Assembly (NCBI GenBank): GCA_043750125.1
Contig: JAYVCD010000429.1
Span: forward strand, 1-31,461
DNA: 31,461 bases
Reading direction: 5' to 3'
DNA from: Archangiaceae bacterium
GTDB lineage: Bacteria; Myxococcota; Myxococcia; Myxococcales; Myxococcaceae
The translations under genes were made by a program, and so were the position numbers. The notes beneath the pieces were generated by a model. That model was not told the DNA's origin, made no database searches, and worked only from the letters and a program-made list of their open reading frames with translations. The number at the start of each line of letters is the position of its first letter. The stretch's first letter is position 1. Positions 1 through 8,413 of this stretch are shown piece by piece.

Positions 1-192
1 TTGTATCGCGGCTGCGGGTTTGGGCCGCGACTGGCGGGCGAAGGCATGTTCTACTGTCGGCATGATTCAGCAGAGGTTCCCCCGCCCCACCACTGCCGAC
101 GGGCTTGAGCAGACGCGTACGGTGAACGTGCCCGCGCCGTTCCTGCTCAGTGCCGCGGCGGTGCTGGTGGTCGGCGCACGAGCCTCAGGGAC

Positions 193-1215
193 GTGGCTGT
201 AGCCCCCGCGAGGCCCGCCCGGCCCCAGCAGATCCTGGTCACCGGCGCGACTGGGTTCATCGGCCGTTCGCTGATCGCACCGCTGCGGGCGGAAGGGCAT
301 CTGGTTCGGGCGACCACGCGCGACCTCGCGCGCGCAGCGGGCCGAGAAGAGATCGCATGGGTGAAGGCGAACCTCGACGTGCCCGAAGAAGTCGAAGCCG
401 CCCTCGAAGGCATCGACGCGGCCTACTACCTGGTACACGGGATGGGAGGTGGGCGTCATGGCTTCCGCGAGGCCGACCGACGTGCCGCCGAGATCTTTGC
501 CGCCGCCGCGGCGCGCGCGGGGGTTCGGCGCATCATCTACCTCGGGGGCGTGGCGCCGTCGGGAGAGCCCTCGGAGCACCTCGCCAGCCGGCTGGAAGTC
601 GGGCGCGTGCTTCGGTCGGGCCAGGTGCCGACGCTCGAGCTGCGCGCCTCGCTGATCATCGGCGTCGGGAGCGCGTCCTGGCAGATCGTCCGCGACCTCG
701 CGCTGCGACTGCCCGCGTTGGTGCTGCCCAAATGGACTGAGTCTCGAACCTCGCCGATCGCGCTCGAGGACGTCTTGATCGGTCTGGTCCGCGCCCTCGC
801 GCTCGAGCCGCCCCAAAGCGCGTGGTTCGATCTGCCCGGCCCCGAGGTGCTCAACGGACGCGAGATGTTGCTGAAGATCGCTGAGCTGCGGGGACGCTAC
901 GTCCCCGCGCTGCGGGTGCCGGTGCTGAGCCCGTCGCTGTCGTCGTGGTGGCTCAAGCTGGTGACGCGCGCCGACTTCTCGCTCGCGCGCGAGCTGGTGC
1001 TGGGGTTCAGCTGCGATCTGTTGCCGGCCGACGATCGCTACTGGGGCCTGATTGGGCACCGACCCAGCCATACCTTCGGCGCCGCGGCCCGCCGCGCCCT
1101 CGACAGCGAACCTCCGCCCGAGGGGCTCAGCGGCATCGGCGGGCAGCTGGTGGAAGCACTGATCCAGTCATTCGGCGAGCGCCTCGGCCGCCGCCGACCG
1201 CCGCGCGATCGGTGA
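193..1215 (+). CDS. NAD(P)-binding atypical SDR / NAD-dependent epimerase (YbjT-like)
   Basis: N-terminal Rossmann motif ILVTGATGFIG; AAYYLVH, RIIYLGG, SEHLASRLEVG, LRASLIIGVGSASW and TSPIALEDV are typical of YbjT-like atypical SDRs; GTG start; no C-terminal extra domain. Confidence 0.88.
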   Translation: MAVAPARPARPQQILVTGATGFIGRSLIAPLRAEGHLVRATTRDLARAAGREEIAWVKANLDVPEEVEAALEGIDAAYYLVHGMGGGRHGFREADRRAAEIFAAAAARAGVRRIIYLGGVAPSGEPSEHLASRLEVGRVLRSGQVPTLELRASLIIGVGSASWQIVRDLALRLPALVLPKWTESRTSPIALEDVLIGLVRALALEPPQSAWFDLPGPEVLNGREMLLKIAELRGRYVPALRVPVLSPSLSSWWLKLVTRADFSLARELVLGFSCDLLPADDRYWGLIGHRPSHTFGAAARRALDSEPPPEGLSGIGGQLVEALIQSFGERLGRRRPPRDR

Positions 1216-1670
1216 CGCACGGTCAGTCGCCCCAGCTCGCCGCGCGGATGAAGGACAACCCGAACGTCGAGGTGTTCGGGTGCAATCCGCCGTTCGTGTC
1301 GCACTGCGTCGCGCTCGAGAACTTCCCCGCGCACGTCGGTCGCGTAAGACTCGACGTTCCTGCCGCGCGGCCTGTTCTCCGCTGGCGGAGTGCTGCGGCA
1401 GGAAGATCTGCTCCAGACCGCCGTGCGGATGCTCGACACGTCTGACGACAAGCCGCTGCTGTTCCTCGTGCACCAGCGAGCTGTGGCAGCCGTCGACCTA
1501 CGCCGAAGCGCCGCGGCTGTGGCCGAGCTTCAACGTGATCGAGATCGGCCGCACGGTGCGGTTGGCTCCGACGTCGTCGTTGTCGGCGTGCCGGCCCGCA
1601 CGATGCTGCGGGTGTACTGGCCGCTCGTCTCACGATGAGCGTTTCGTCGAGCGCGAACCGCCGGCCCGAC

Positions 1671-1872
1671 CGCCTCAATCAGGAACGGCAGGTCGGGAAG
1701 AACTTCTTCGAAGAGGTCGCTCCGTGTACGCGCGTCAAAGAGTTCTTCGGCCGCTTCACCGCCGGGCTCGCCGCGAAGAACCTCTACGAGACGTTTGGGT
1801 TCGTCTTCAAGTTCGAGCACGGCTGGCAGAACGCGGCGATCACGTTGATGTACAGCCAGGCAACCCAGTCAG
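1671..1872 (+). pseudogene. pyp: photoactive yellow protein (PYP/PAS) remnant, C-terminal half only
   Basis: Translation RLNQERQVGKNFFEEVAPCTRVKEFFGRFTAGLAAKNLYETFGFVFKF matches the PYP core VIGKNFFxxVAPCT..EF.G.F..G....NL...F...F, including the chromophore-binding Cys (TGT 1725-1727). The N-terminal part and the last beta-strand are missing. Confidence 0.75.
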
Positions 1873-2131
1873 CTCGACCATCTGCCCTGCGCTCGACTTC
1901 AGCTCGCGGCAGTCGGTCTGACCATGCCCACCAACGGCCCGCGGGTCATCGCGGGCGGGGCTCCGCTGCACTTCATCTCGGTCGTCACCGGCGTGAAGGC
2001 CCAAACGGCCGCCGCGCTCGCTGCGCACACTGGTTCCGGTGCCTCTGCCTTCTTTGGGTGCGCACGCCACCGGACGGAATTGCCCGGCTGCGCCGAATGT
2101 CAAATCACGGTTTTCCCTGGCAGAACCCTGA

Positions 2132-3091
2132 CTACGGGGTGACGGTCGCCCGCTGAGCCGACGCCTGCGCGCCGAGTGCGGCGTCGAGTGCGGCCCAAGA
2201 GGTGATCACCGTCGCGCCGACCGGTGCGACGCTCGAAGCGAAGGCCCCGCCGACCCAGAGCGTCGTCTTCTTCGGCAACAACCTGCGCAGCTCCCGCAGC
2301 AGCATCTTCGGGCCGTCATCGGTGGGCGGGGCAGTCACGGTGAGCCCCACGGCGTTGGCGTGCAGCGCCTTCGCCGCCGCCGCGAGCTCGACGGGAGGCG
2401 TCTGCAGCCCGAGCAGGTGGGGCGTGGCGCGGCTCGCCGCAAGGTAGACGGCCACCAGCTCCAGGGGCAGCCGGTGAGGCTCCCCGGGCAGGTTCGCGAG
2501 GAGGATCAGCGGCCTCGGCGTGGCCCCTTGAAACTGAGCAAGGAGGATCCGCAGCTGGGTCGACAGACATTCGGACCCGAGGTGCTCCTGGTGAATCGCC
2601 AACTCGCCTTCGGCCCAGAGCGAGCCGAGCTTGACCGCCAGCGGCTGCGCGAGCTCGGTCACGAAGGCCTTGGCGCCCAGCGCCTCGGCCCTTTGTCGCA
2701 GCTGTCGCTGAAGGCCTTCGACATCGCCGCTGACGAGCGCGCGAATCAACCCCGCAGAGTCCGACAAGAGCGGACCCGGGACTGCGGCCGGAGCCACGGT
2801 GTCGTGGTTTGCCTGAACCAGCCTTGCCAGAGCCTCAGGCGACTTGCCGATCACTTCCCCCGGGCGAAACCCGGCCTGGACCGCGCGCGCCACGCTCTGG
2901 AGCCGTCGAACGTCCTCGTCGGAATACAGCCGCCGCCCGGTGTCCTGCCGGACCGGCTTGGGAAACCCGTAGCGGCGCTCCCAGATCCGCAAAGTCTCGA
3001 CCGGAATGCCCGAGAGGTATCCCGCCACCCGAATCGAGTGGGCCCCGATCGCGCTGAGGTCGTGGGTCGAGCTGGCTTTTGTCGATTTCAT
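2132..3091 (-). CDS. CarH/LitR-type MerR-family regulator with cobalamin-binding domain (putative AdoB12 photoreceptor)
   Basis: MerR HTH with TLRIWERRYG; W-x9-EH motif (WAEGELAIHQEH); ExH cobalt-ligand motif (PGEPHRLP); LG and WVGG Rossmann motifs. Start moved to ATG 3091 because the ORF-track extension runs through the AT-rich intergenic region. Confidence 0.88.
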   Translation of the reverse strand: MKSTKASSTHDLSAIGAHSIRVAGYLSGIPVETLRIWERRYGFPKPVRQDTGRRLYSDEDVRRLQSVARAVQAGFRPGEVIGKSPEALARLVQANHDTVAPAAVPGPLLSDSAGLIRALVSGDVEGLQRQLRQRAEALGAKAFVTELAQPLAVKLGSLWAEGELAIHQEHLGSECLSTQLRILLAQFQGATPRPLILLANLPGEPHRLPLELVAVYLAASRATPHLLGLQTPPVELAAAAKALHANAVGLTVTAPPTDDGPKMLLRELRRLLPKKTTLWVGGAFASSVAPVGATVITSWAALDAALGAQASAQRATVTP

Positions 3092-3170
3092 TGCGTCTCG
3101 ATTATGTCCTATACAATATTGTGACATCAGTCCAATTGTAAAATCCGAAACACGGGTCAGGAGAAGCTTC
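3092..3170. promoter_or_regulatory. AT-rich divergent promoter/operator between the CarH-like gene and the DUF393 gene
   Basis: 79-bp AT-rich spacer in a GC-rich background; -10-like CATAAT (minus strand, 3101-3106) and TAAAAT (plus strand, 3139-3144); TATACA and GTGACA 11 bp apart; palindrome ACAATATTGT 3113-3122; SD-like AGGAG before ATG 3171. Confidence 0.6.
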
Positions 3171-3713
3171 ATGCTCGCTCAGAGACGACGAAACGAAACC
3201 GCCCCCGCGTCGCCGCGACCGGCTCTTCGGCCCCTGGAAGCCTCTCGAGTGGGTGAGCGCGTGAGCGCGGCGAGGCCGATCGGGACGGATGAGCCTGCCC
3301 AGTGGCAGATCCAGGTGTTCTTCGACGGAGAGTGCCCGCTGTGCGTCCGCGAGATCGCGATGTTGAGCCGCCTCGATCGGCGGGACCGGATCTGGTTCAC
3401 CGACATCGCTTCGGTCGACTTCGACGCTGCTCGGTGGGGCACGTCGTGGGGGCGGTTGATGGAGCAGATCCGAGGCCGGCTGCCAGACGGACAATGGATC
3501 GAAGGTGTCGAAGTGTTCCGCCGGCTCTACGGTGCGGTGGGCTTCGCGGCGCTGGTTCCCCTCACCCGCTTGCCGATCGTCGAGCAGGTGCTCGACTTCG
3601 CCTACGACAAGTTCGCGAAGAATCGGCTCAGGTGGACTGGACGCTGTGCCGATGGCGCCTGCGTCCTCCCTGCCGGCAATCACGCCCGCGCAGCCATGGG
3701 GTGGCGGAGGTAG
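3171..3713 (+). CDS. DCC-family thiol-disulfide oxidoreductase (DUF393)
   Basis: VFFDGECPLC (DxxCxxC), GVEVFRRLY..VG and AYDKFAKNRLRWTGRC; AGGAG RBS before ATG 3171. Confidence 0.88.
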   Translation: MLAQRRRNETAPASPRPALRPLEASRVGERVSAARPIGTDEPAQWQIQVFFDGECPLCVREIAMLSRLDRRDRIWFTDIASVDFDAARWGTSWGRLMEQIRGRLPDGQWIEGVEVFRRLYGAVGFAALVPLTRLPIVEQVLDFAYDKFAKNRLRWTGRCADGACVLPAGNHARAAMGWRR

Positions 3714-3764
3714 ATCGCAATGGCTCACTGCTTCACGACCGTAGACCCGCGCTACTTGATCAGG

Positions 3765-4385
3765 ATGAGCTCACGAGTCGCCCGCGTTGCCGGGCTCGGA
3801 ATATTCTTGTTGGGAGGCCTCGCGATGGCGATTGAAACGCCGAAGCACGAAGTCGTGAAGCAGTACGCGGACTTCGAGATCCGCCGGTACGCGCCCTACG
3901 TCGTCGCCGAAACCGAAGTCGAGGGCGACCAGGGCGACGTTGGCAGCGAGGCCTTCTCGCGCCTGGGCGGGTACATCTTTGGAAACAATCAGGGGGCGCG
4001 GAAGATCGCGATGACGGCGCCGGTCACCCAGGCGCCAACGGCAGGCACCAAGATCTCGATGACGGCGCCGGTGACCCAGGTCAGCAGCGGGCCCCGAACC
4101 TGGCGCGTGCAGTTCATGATGCCCTCGGAGCACAGCCTCAAGACCCTGCCAGTGCCGACAGACGCGCGGGTGCAACTGCGAACGGTTCCGGCGAAGCAGT
4201 TCGCGGCGATCCGCTACTCGGGCACCTGGTCGAAGCGGAACTACGACGAGCACCTGGCGCTGCTGAAGGCGGGGCTCGCCCGCGAGGGGCTGACCTCAAA
4301 CGGCGAGCCAGTGTGGGCGCGGTACGATCCTCCGTTCAAGCCGTGGTTCCTGCGTACGAACGAGATCCTGCTCGAGCTGCCGTAG
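3765..4385 (+). CDS. SOUL-family haem-binding protein
   Basis: IETPKHEV, FEIRRY, AFSRLGGYIFGNN, KIAMTAPV, FMMPS and YDPPFKPWFLRTNEIL; hydrophobic N-terminal signal; alternative ATG at 3720. Confidence 0.92.
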   Translation: MSSRVARVAGLGIFLLGGLAMAIETPKHEVVKQYADFEIRRYAPYVVAETEVEGDQGDVGSEAFSRLGGYIFGNNQGARKIAMTAPVTQAPTAGTKISMTAPVTQVSSGPRTWRVQFMMPSEHSLKTLPVPTDARVQLRTVPAKQFAAIRYSGTWSKRNYDEHLALLKAGLAREGLTSNGEPVWARYDPPFKPWFLRTNEILLELP

Positions 4386-4502
4386 CGGCCCGGCGGGACG
4401 GCAGGCGCGGCCGCGGCAGTCGCCCCAGAACGGCGAAAGAAGCTCAAGCGCGCAACAGCTTCGGTTTGCCTCACCACCCGTCAGACGTGCTACTCGTTGT
4501 CG

Positions 4503-5522
4503 ATGATCTGGCACGACTGTTTGCGCGCCGTCCTCGTCGGAGCCGTGGCCCTGACCACGGCGGGGTGCTGGACGGCGCCTCGCGCGGTCGTGAAGCGGGG
4601 CTTGGAGGCGGGGGTGGTCGTGCCGGGGCTGTCGGCCTGCACGCCGGGAACCCACGAGCCGCTGGAGCTCGACCCGAATCGCCCGCTGATCGTGCTCGTT
4701 CACGGCTGCAACTTCTCGAGGGGCGGCTTCCGGAACCTGGCCGAGCTGTTCGAGGCGCACGATCAGCAGACGGTCTGCTTCAGCTACAATGATCGTGGCA
4801 CCATCGACGCGGCCTCCCGCAAGCTCGTCGAAGTCCTCGAGGTGCTCGAGGCTTACGCGCCTGGACAGCAGCTCACAGTCCTGGGCCACAGCCAGGGCGG
4901 GTTGGTGGCTCGGCATGCCTTCTCTGCCGACCGCGATCGCTCGTTTGCCTCGACGTTTCAGTACCAGCTGGTGACGTTGTCGGCGCCGTTCTCCGGAATC
5001 AACTCGTCGAAGCACTGCGGGCTGCCCTGGTTGCACGTCGCCACGCTCGGAGTGACGGTGCTCGCCTGCCAGGTCATCGCCGGTACCAAGTGGACCGAGA
5101 TCTTTCCGGGGTCGCAGTTCATGACCGAGCCCGGAACGCTGGCCCCGGGCGTGGGCCGTCACCTGAGAATCGCCACCGACGAGCGAGGCGGTTGCGGGCG
5201 GCGCGGCACAGATGGGGCGTGCATCGCGCGCGACGAGGTCTTCACCATCGCCGAGCAAGTCAACCCCACGATCGACTCCGAGCCGCGCGTGGAGAAGGTC
5301 GAGATTCAGTCCGGCCACTCCGAGATCGTCGGGGAGTGGGGCCGGCCTCCGATCAAGTTGATCGCCATCCTTCAGGAGAACCACATCCTCGCCCAGACGA
5401 CGCCCGTCCGCCGTGACCGGGTCGCTGCCGTGCTTCGAAGGCTCTACGGTGCGCCCACCGAAGCAGCGCCGACCGACCAAAGAAATCTGGCCACCCTCGC
5501 GACCGCGCCAGGTCGGCGTTGA
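4503..5522 (+). CDS. alpha/beta-hydrolase (lipase/esterase-like), probable lipoprotein
   Basis: Lipobox-like LTTAGC; oxyanion-hole region IVLVHG; nucleophile elbow GHSQGG; LVTLSAPFSG; candidate catalytic His in GHSEIV. Confidence 0.8.
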   Translation: MIWHDCLRAVLVGAVALTTAGCWTAPRAVVKRGLEAGVVVPGLSACTPGTHEPLELDPNRPLIVLVHGCNFSRGGFRNLAELFEAHDQQTVCFSYNDRGTIDAASRKLVEVLEVLEAYAPGQQLTVLGHSQGGLVARHAFSADRDRSFASTFQYQLVTLSAPFSGINSSKHCGLPWLHVATLGVTVLACQVIAGTKWTEIFPGSQFMTEPGTLAPGVGRHLRIATDERGGCGRRGTDGACIARDEVFTIAEQVNPTIDSEPRVEKVEIQSGHSEIVGEWGRPPIKLIAILQENHILAQTTPVRRDRVAAVLRRLYGAPTEAAPTDQRNLATLATAPGRR

Positions 5523-5628
5523 GCCGGCCACCCTCGCGGCCGCCGCCAGACGCGGGCCGGATCGAAGAGGCGTAGATCCCGGCGATCGGCGAGCAGTTCG
5601 ACCGGCGCCGACAACCCGGGGCGGCGCG

Positions 5629-6156
5629 ATGAGCCTCGACGCTGCTCCCGCCCGAGACGGACCTCAGGCGCTTCCGGGGCGCTTTCGCCGCGCCTGGATC
5701 CTCGCCTCGATCGTCTCGTTGACCGGGATGATCACCGCCAATGTGCTGGCCAGCACGCTGCCCCTCAATGGACTCACCACTGGCGCGATCTCTGACAGCT
5801 ACCCGATCTTCTTCGTGCCGGCAGGGTACGCCTTCTCGATCTGGGGCCTGATTTACCTGGGGCTGATCGCGGTCACCGTAGCCCAGGCGGTGTCTCCCCT
5901 CGCCGAAGAAGAGATGCTCGGAGCCGCGCGGCCGCTGTTCGTCCTCAGCTGCTTCGCCAACGGCGCCTGGATCTTTGCCTGGCACTACCTGCAGCTGGGG
6001 CTGAGCGTGCTGCTGATGCTCACGCTCCTGGTCAGTCTGATTGGCCTGTATCGCCAGATTTACCGCCACGGCGAAGGTGAGGAAGAACGAAGCGCCAAAG
6101 AGACGCGTCGAGCAGGTGGTGTCTGTGACGCACAGCAGTGTGTGGCCGGGGCTTGA
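5629..6156 (+). pseudogene. tryptophan-rich sensory protein (TspO/MBR-like), truncated by IS insertion
   Basis: LPLNG.TTGAISDSYP.FFVPAGYAFSIWGLIY and NGAWIFAWHY with four hydrophobic helices; similarity ends at about 6076, where IS sequence begins, and the tail is read-through into the IS. Confidence 0.72.
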
Positions 6157-6930
6157 TCGACCGCGGACGGAGATTTGGGGGAGGCAAGCAGCGAGCAGGG
6201 GGCAGTGGGGCGAGGAGGTGAGGAGGTGAGGAGCGAGGTGGGCGCCGGGTGAAGCGGTGGGCGCTACAGCTGCAGCTCGAGCTGAGGCGGCGCCTGAGCG
6301 CGCGCGACGGAGCGCGGCGAGGGGCGGGGAGCAGGCCGAGGTTCCGGAGTATTTCCTCCTTCACGGCGGTCGCGCCGGTCGCCGGAGCCCGCGCTGGCGA
6401 TTGCGCGGCGCAGACGGTCGCGGGCATCACCGTGGCGCGCTCGGCCGCGTGGGACCAGAGGACTCCATGGAAAGAGGTCAGATGGAACCTGGCTGGCGGA
6501 ATGAGCCAGAGGAGGCGCCGGACCAGCTGCTGCGCCGTCAGCAACAGGGTGACGCCCTTCTTCGTCTCGTACGCGTACTTCCCGTCGTCGCGGCGCGAGA
6601 GCCTGGACTCGGCGGTGGGCCCCCTTGCTCCGTACCTGCACAGCCGGGACAGCCCGTTTGCGTCGTTGGCGTGCACCGACGTGCCCGCGTGCAGCGAGAA
6701 CCCCGCCCCCACCGCCAACAGCCGGCCGCGGGTGTCGCCGAAGGTTGGCTCGTCGCCGAGGTTCAGACGCTCTTGCGCGCCTTGAAGCTGCAGCGCCTCG
6801 AAGGAGCGCCCGGCCTGCGCGAGCATCGAGCATCCGCGCCAGCACCGCCTCCACTGCTGCCTGCGACGGCGAGCACGCGAGGAAAGTCCCAGCGCTCCAA
6901 ACGCCCTCGGGCACCCCACGAGGACTCGAA
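6076..6930 (-). mobile_element. degenerate IS91/ISCR-type rolling-circle element remnant (Y2 transposase fragment, frameshifted)
   Basis: Fragments in different frames: VLV.PEGVW, GFSLHAG, LSRLCRYGARGP.AESRLS, LVRRLLWLIPPARFHLTSFHGVL, EEILRNLGL and ARAQAPPQLELQL* (stop 6264). The minus-strand end GCGCTTCGTTCTTCCTCAC (about 6077-6095) resembles the ISCR oriIS terminus. Confidence 0.78.
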
Positions 6931-7031
6931 CACAGGCATCAGCAATCTCGAGATTGTGGGCGTTCGGGACACTCGGTGCCAGCGTTCGGCGGCGAACCGG
7001 GCGATGTCAGGGCCACGGGCTATGACGGGCC

Positions 7032-8408
7032 ATGGCCAAACCGAAGACCCATTTCAGCTGTCAGACCTGTGGAGCCCAGGCTCCGAAGTGGCTTGGCCGC
7101 TGTCCGGAATGCGGTGGCTGGGGCTCGTTGGTCGAAGAGACCGAAGAGTCGGCCGCATCGCAGGCTCGTCCGGCGTGGGGCGCCAGCGGCGGTCAGAGCA
7201 AACCGGTCCGACTCAAAGATGTGGTGAGCGAAGCCGACGCGCGCCGGAAAACCGGAATCGCCGAGCTCGATCGCGTCCTCGGGGGGGGAGTCGTCGAAGG
7301 CAGCCTGGTGTTGCTCGGAGGGGACCCCGGAATCGGAAAGTCGACCCTGCTGCTGGCCGCGCTCGAGCGGTTGTCGCTCAAAGCGCCGACGCTGTACGTC
7401 TCGGGCGAAGAATCGCTGAAGCAGACCCGCATGCGCGCAGATCGCCTCGGAGTGAAGAGCGAGAACTTGCACCTCTTCGCCGAGACCGATGCCGAGCGGA
7501 TCCTCACCGCTGCCGAAGCGCTCAAGCCCTGCGCCCTGGTGGTCGATTCGATTCAGACCATGTTTCTGCCCGAGCTCGGCTCGGCGCCCGGCAGCATCAG
7601 CCAGGTGCGCGAAGTCGCCGGCCGATTGATGGCCTTTGCCAAGCGCACCGGTGTTCCCACCTTCCTCGTCGGCCACGTCACCAAGGAAGGGAGCATCGCC
7701 GGCCCGCGCGTCCTCGAGCACATGGTCGACACCGTGCTGTACTTCGAAGGCGAGCGCGGCCACCCGTTTCGAATCTTGCGCGCCCACAAGAATCGCTTCG
7801 GCTCGACCAACGAGATTGGAGTCTTCGAGATGAAGGGCTTTGGCCTCGCCGAAGTGGCCGACCCGTCGGCGCTGTTCTTGTCCGAACGACCCGCCGGGCA
7901 GTCGGGCAGCGTGGTGACCTCGACCCTCAACGGCACTCGGCCGCTGTTGGTCGAAGTGCAGGCGCTGGTCGCTCCCACCGGCTACGGAACCGCGCGGAGG
8001 ACCGCGATCGGCGTCGATACCAACCGGGTCGCGCTGCTCGCCGCGGTGCTCGAGAAGAAGGTCGGGGTGCAGTTGGTCGGCTGCGACATCTTCGTCAACG
8101 TCGCCGGGGGAATGCAGCTGTCCGAGCCCGCCAGCGACCTGGCGGTGTGTGTCGCGCTGGCCTCGAGCCTGCGCAACATTCCGCTCGACCCCTTCACCCT
8201 GGTGTTGGGCGAAGTCGGCCTCGCGGGCGAAGTGCGCGCGGTGGGACAAATCGAAACCCGCCTCACCGAGGCCGCCAAAATGGGCTTCAAGCGGGTGGTG
8301 CTTCCCCGCGGCAGCGCCAAGCGCCTCGAGGCGAAGAAGCTCGAGATCATCGGAGTCGAGTCGGTCGAAAAGGGCCTCGAGGCAGCCCTGGGCATGGGCC
8401 CGAGCTAA
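7032..8408 (+). CDS. radA: DNA repair protein RadA/Sms
   Basis: C4 zinc finger CQTCG...CPECG; Walker A GGDPGIGKST; KNRFG motif; Lon-like C-terminal domain. Confidence 0.98.
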   Translation: MAKPKTHFSCQTCGAQAPKWLGRCPECGGWGSLVEETEESAASQARPAWGASGGQSKPVRLKDVVSEADARRKTGIAELDRVLGGGVVEGSLVLLGGDPGIGKSTLLLAALERLSLKAPTLYVSGEESLKQTRMRADRLGVKSENLHLFAETDAERILTAAEALKPCALVVDSIQTMFLPELGSAPGSISQVREVAGRLMAFAKRTGVPTFLVGHVTKEGSIAGPRVLEHMVDTVLYFEGERGHPFRILRAHKNRFGSTNEIGVFEMKGFGLAEVADPSALFLSERPAGQSGSVVTSTLNGTRPLLVEVQALVAPTGYGTARRTAIGVDTNRVALLAAVLEKKVGVQLVGCDIFVNVAGGMQLSEPASDLAVCVALASSLRNIPLDPFTLVLGEVGLAGEVRAVGQIETRLTEAAKMGFKRVVLPRGSAKRLEAKKLEIIGVESVEKGLEAALGMGPS

Positions 8409-8413
8409 CCGTT

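Noticed and set aside
20-202. Short ORF upstream of the SDR gene
   Set aside because: No recognisable motif and at the window edge; may be a gene remnant but cannot be supported
4004-4080. Near-identical 29-bp direct repeat encoding KI(A/S)MTAPVTQ twice
   Set aside because: Internal duplication commonly seen in bacterial SOUL proteins; only two copies and in frame, so not a CRISPR array
5489-5549. Imperfect direct repeat GGCCACCCTCGCG(A/G)CCGC..GCCAG spanning the hydrolase stop
   Set aside because: Two copies only, GC-rich; most likely a small local duplication with no supporting element
6212-6240. GAGGAGGT short tandem repeat that looks like multiple SD sequences
   Set aside because: Lies in the non-coding end of the IS remnant; the downstream plus-strand ORF is the antisense of the transposase
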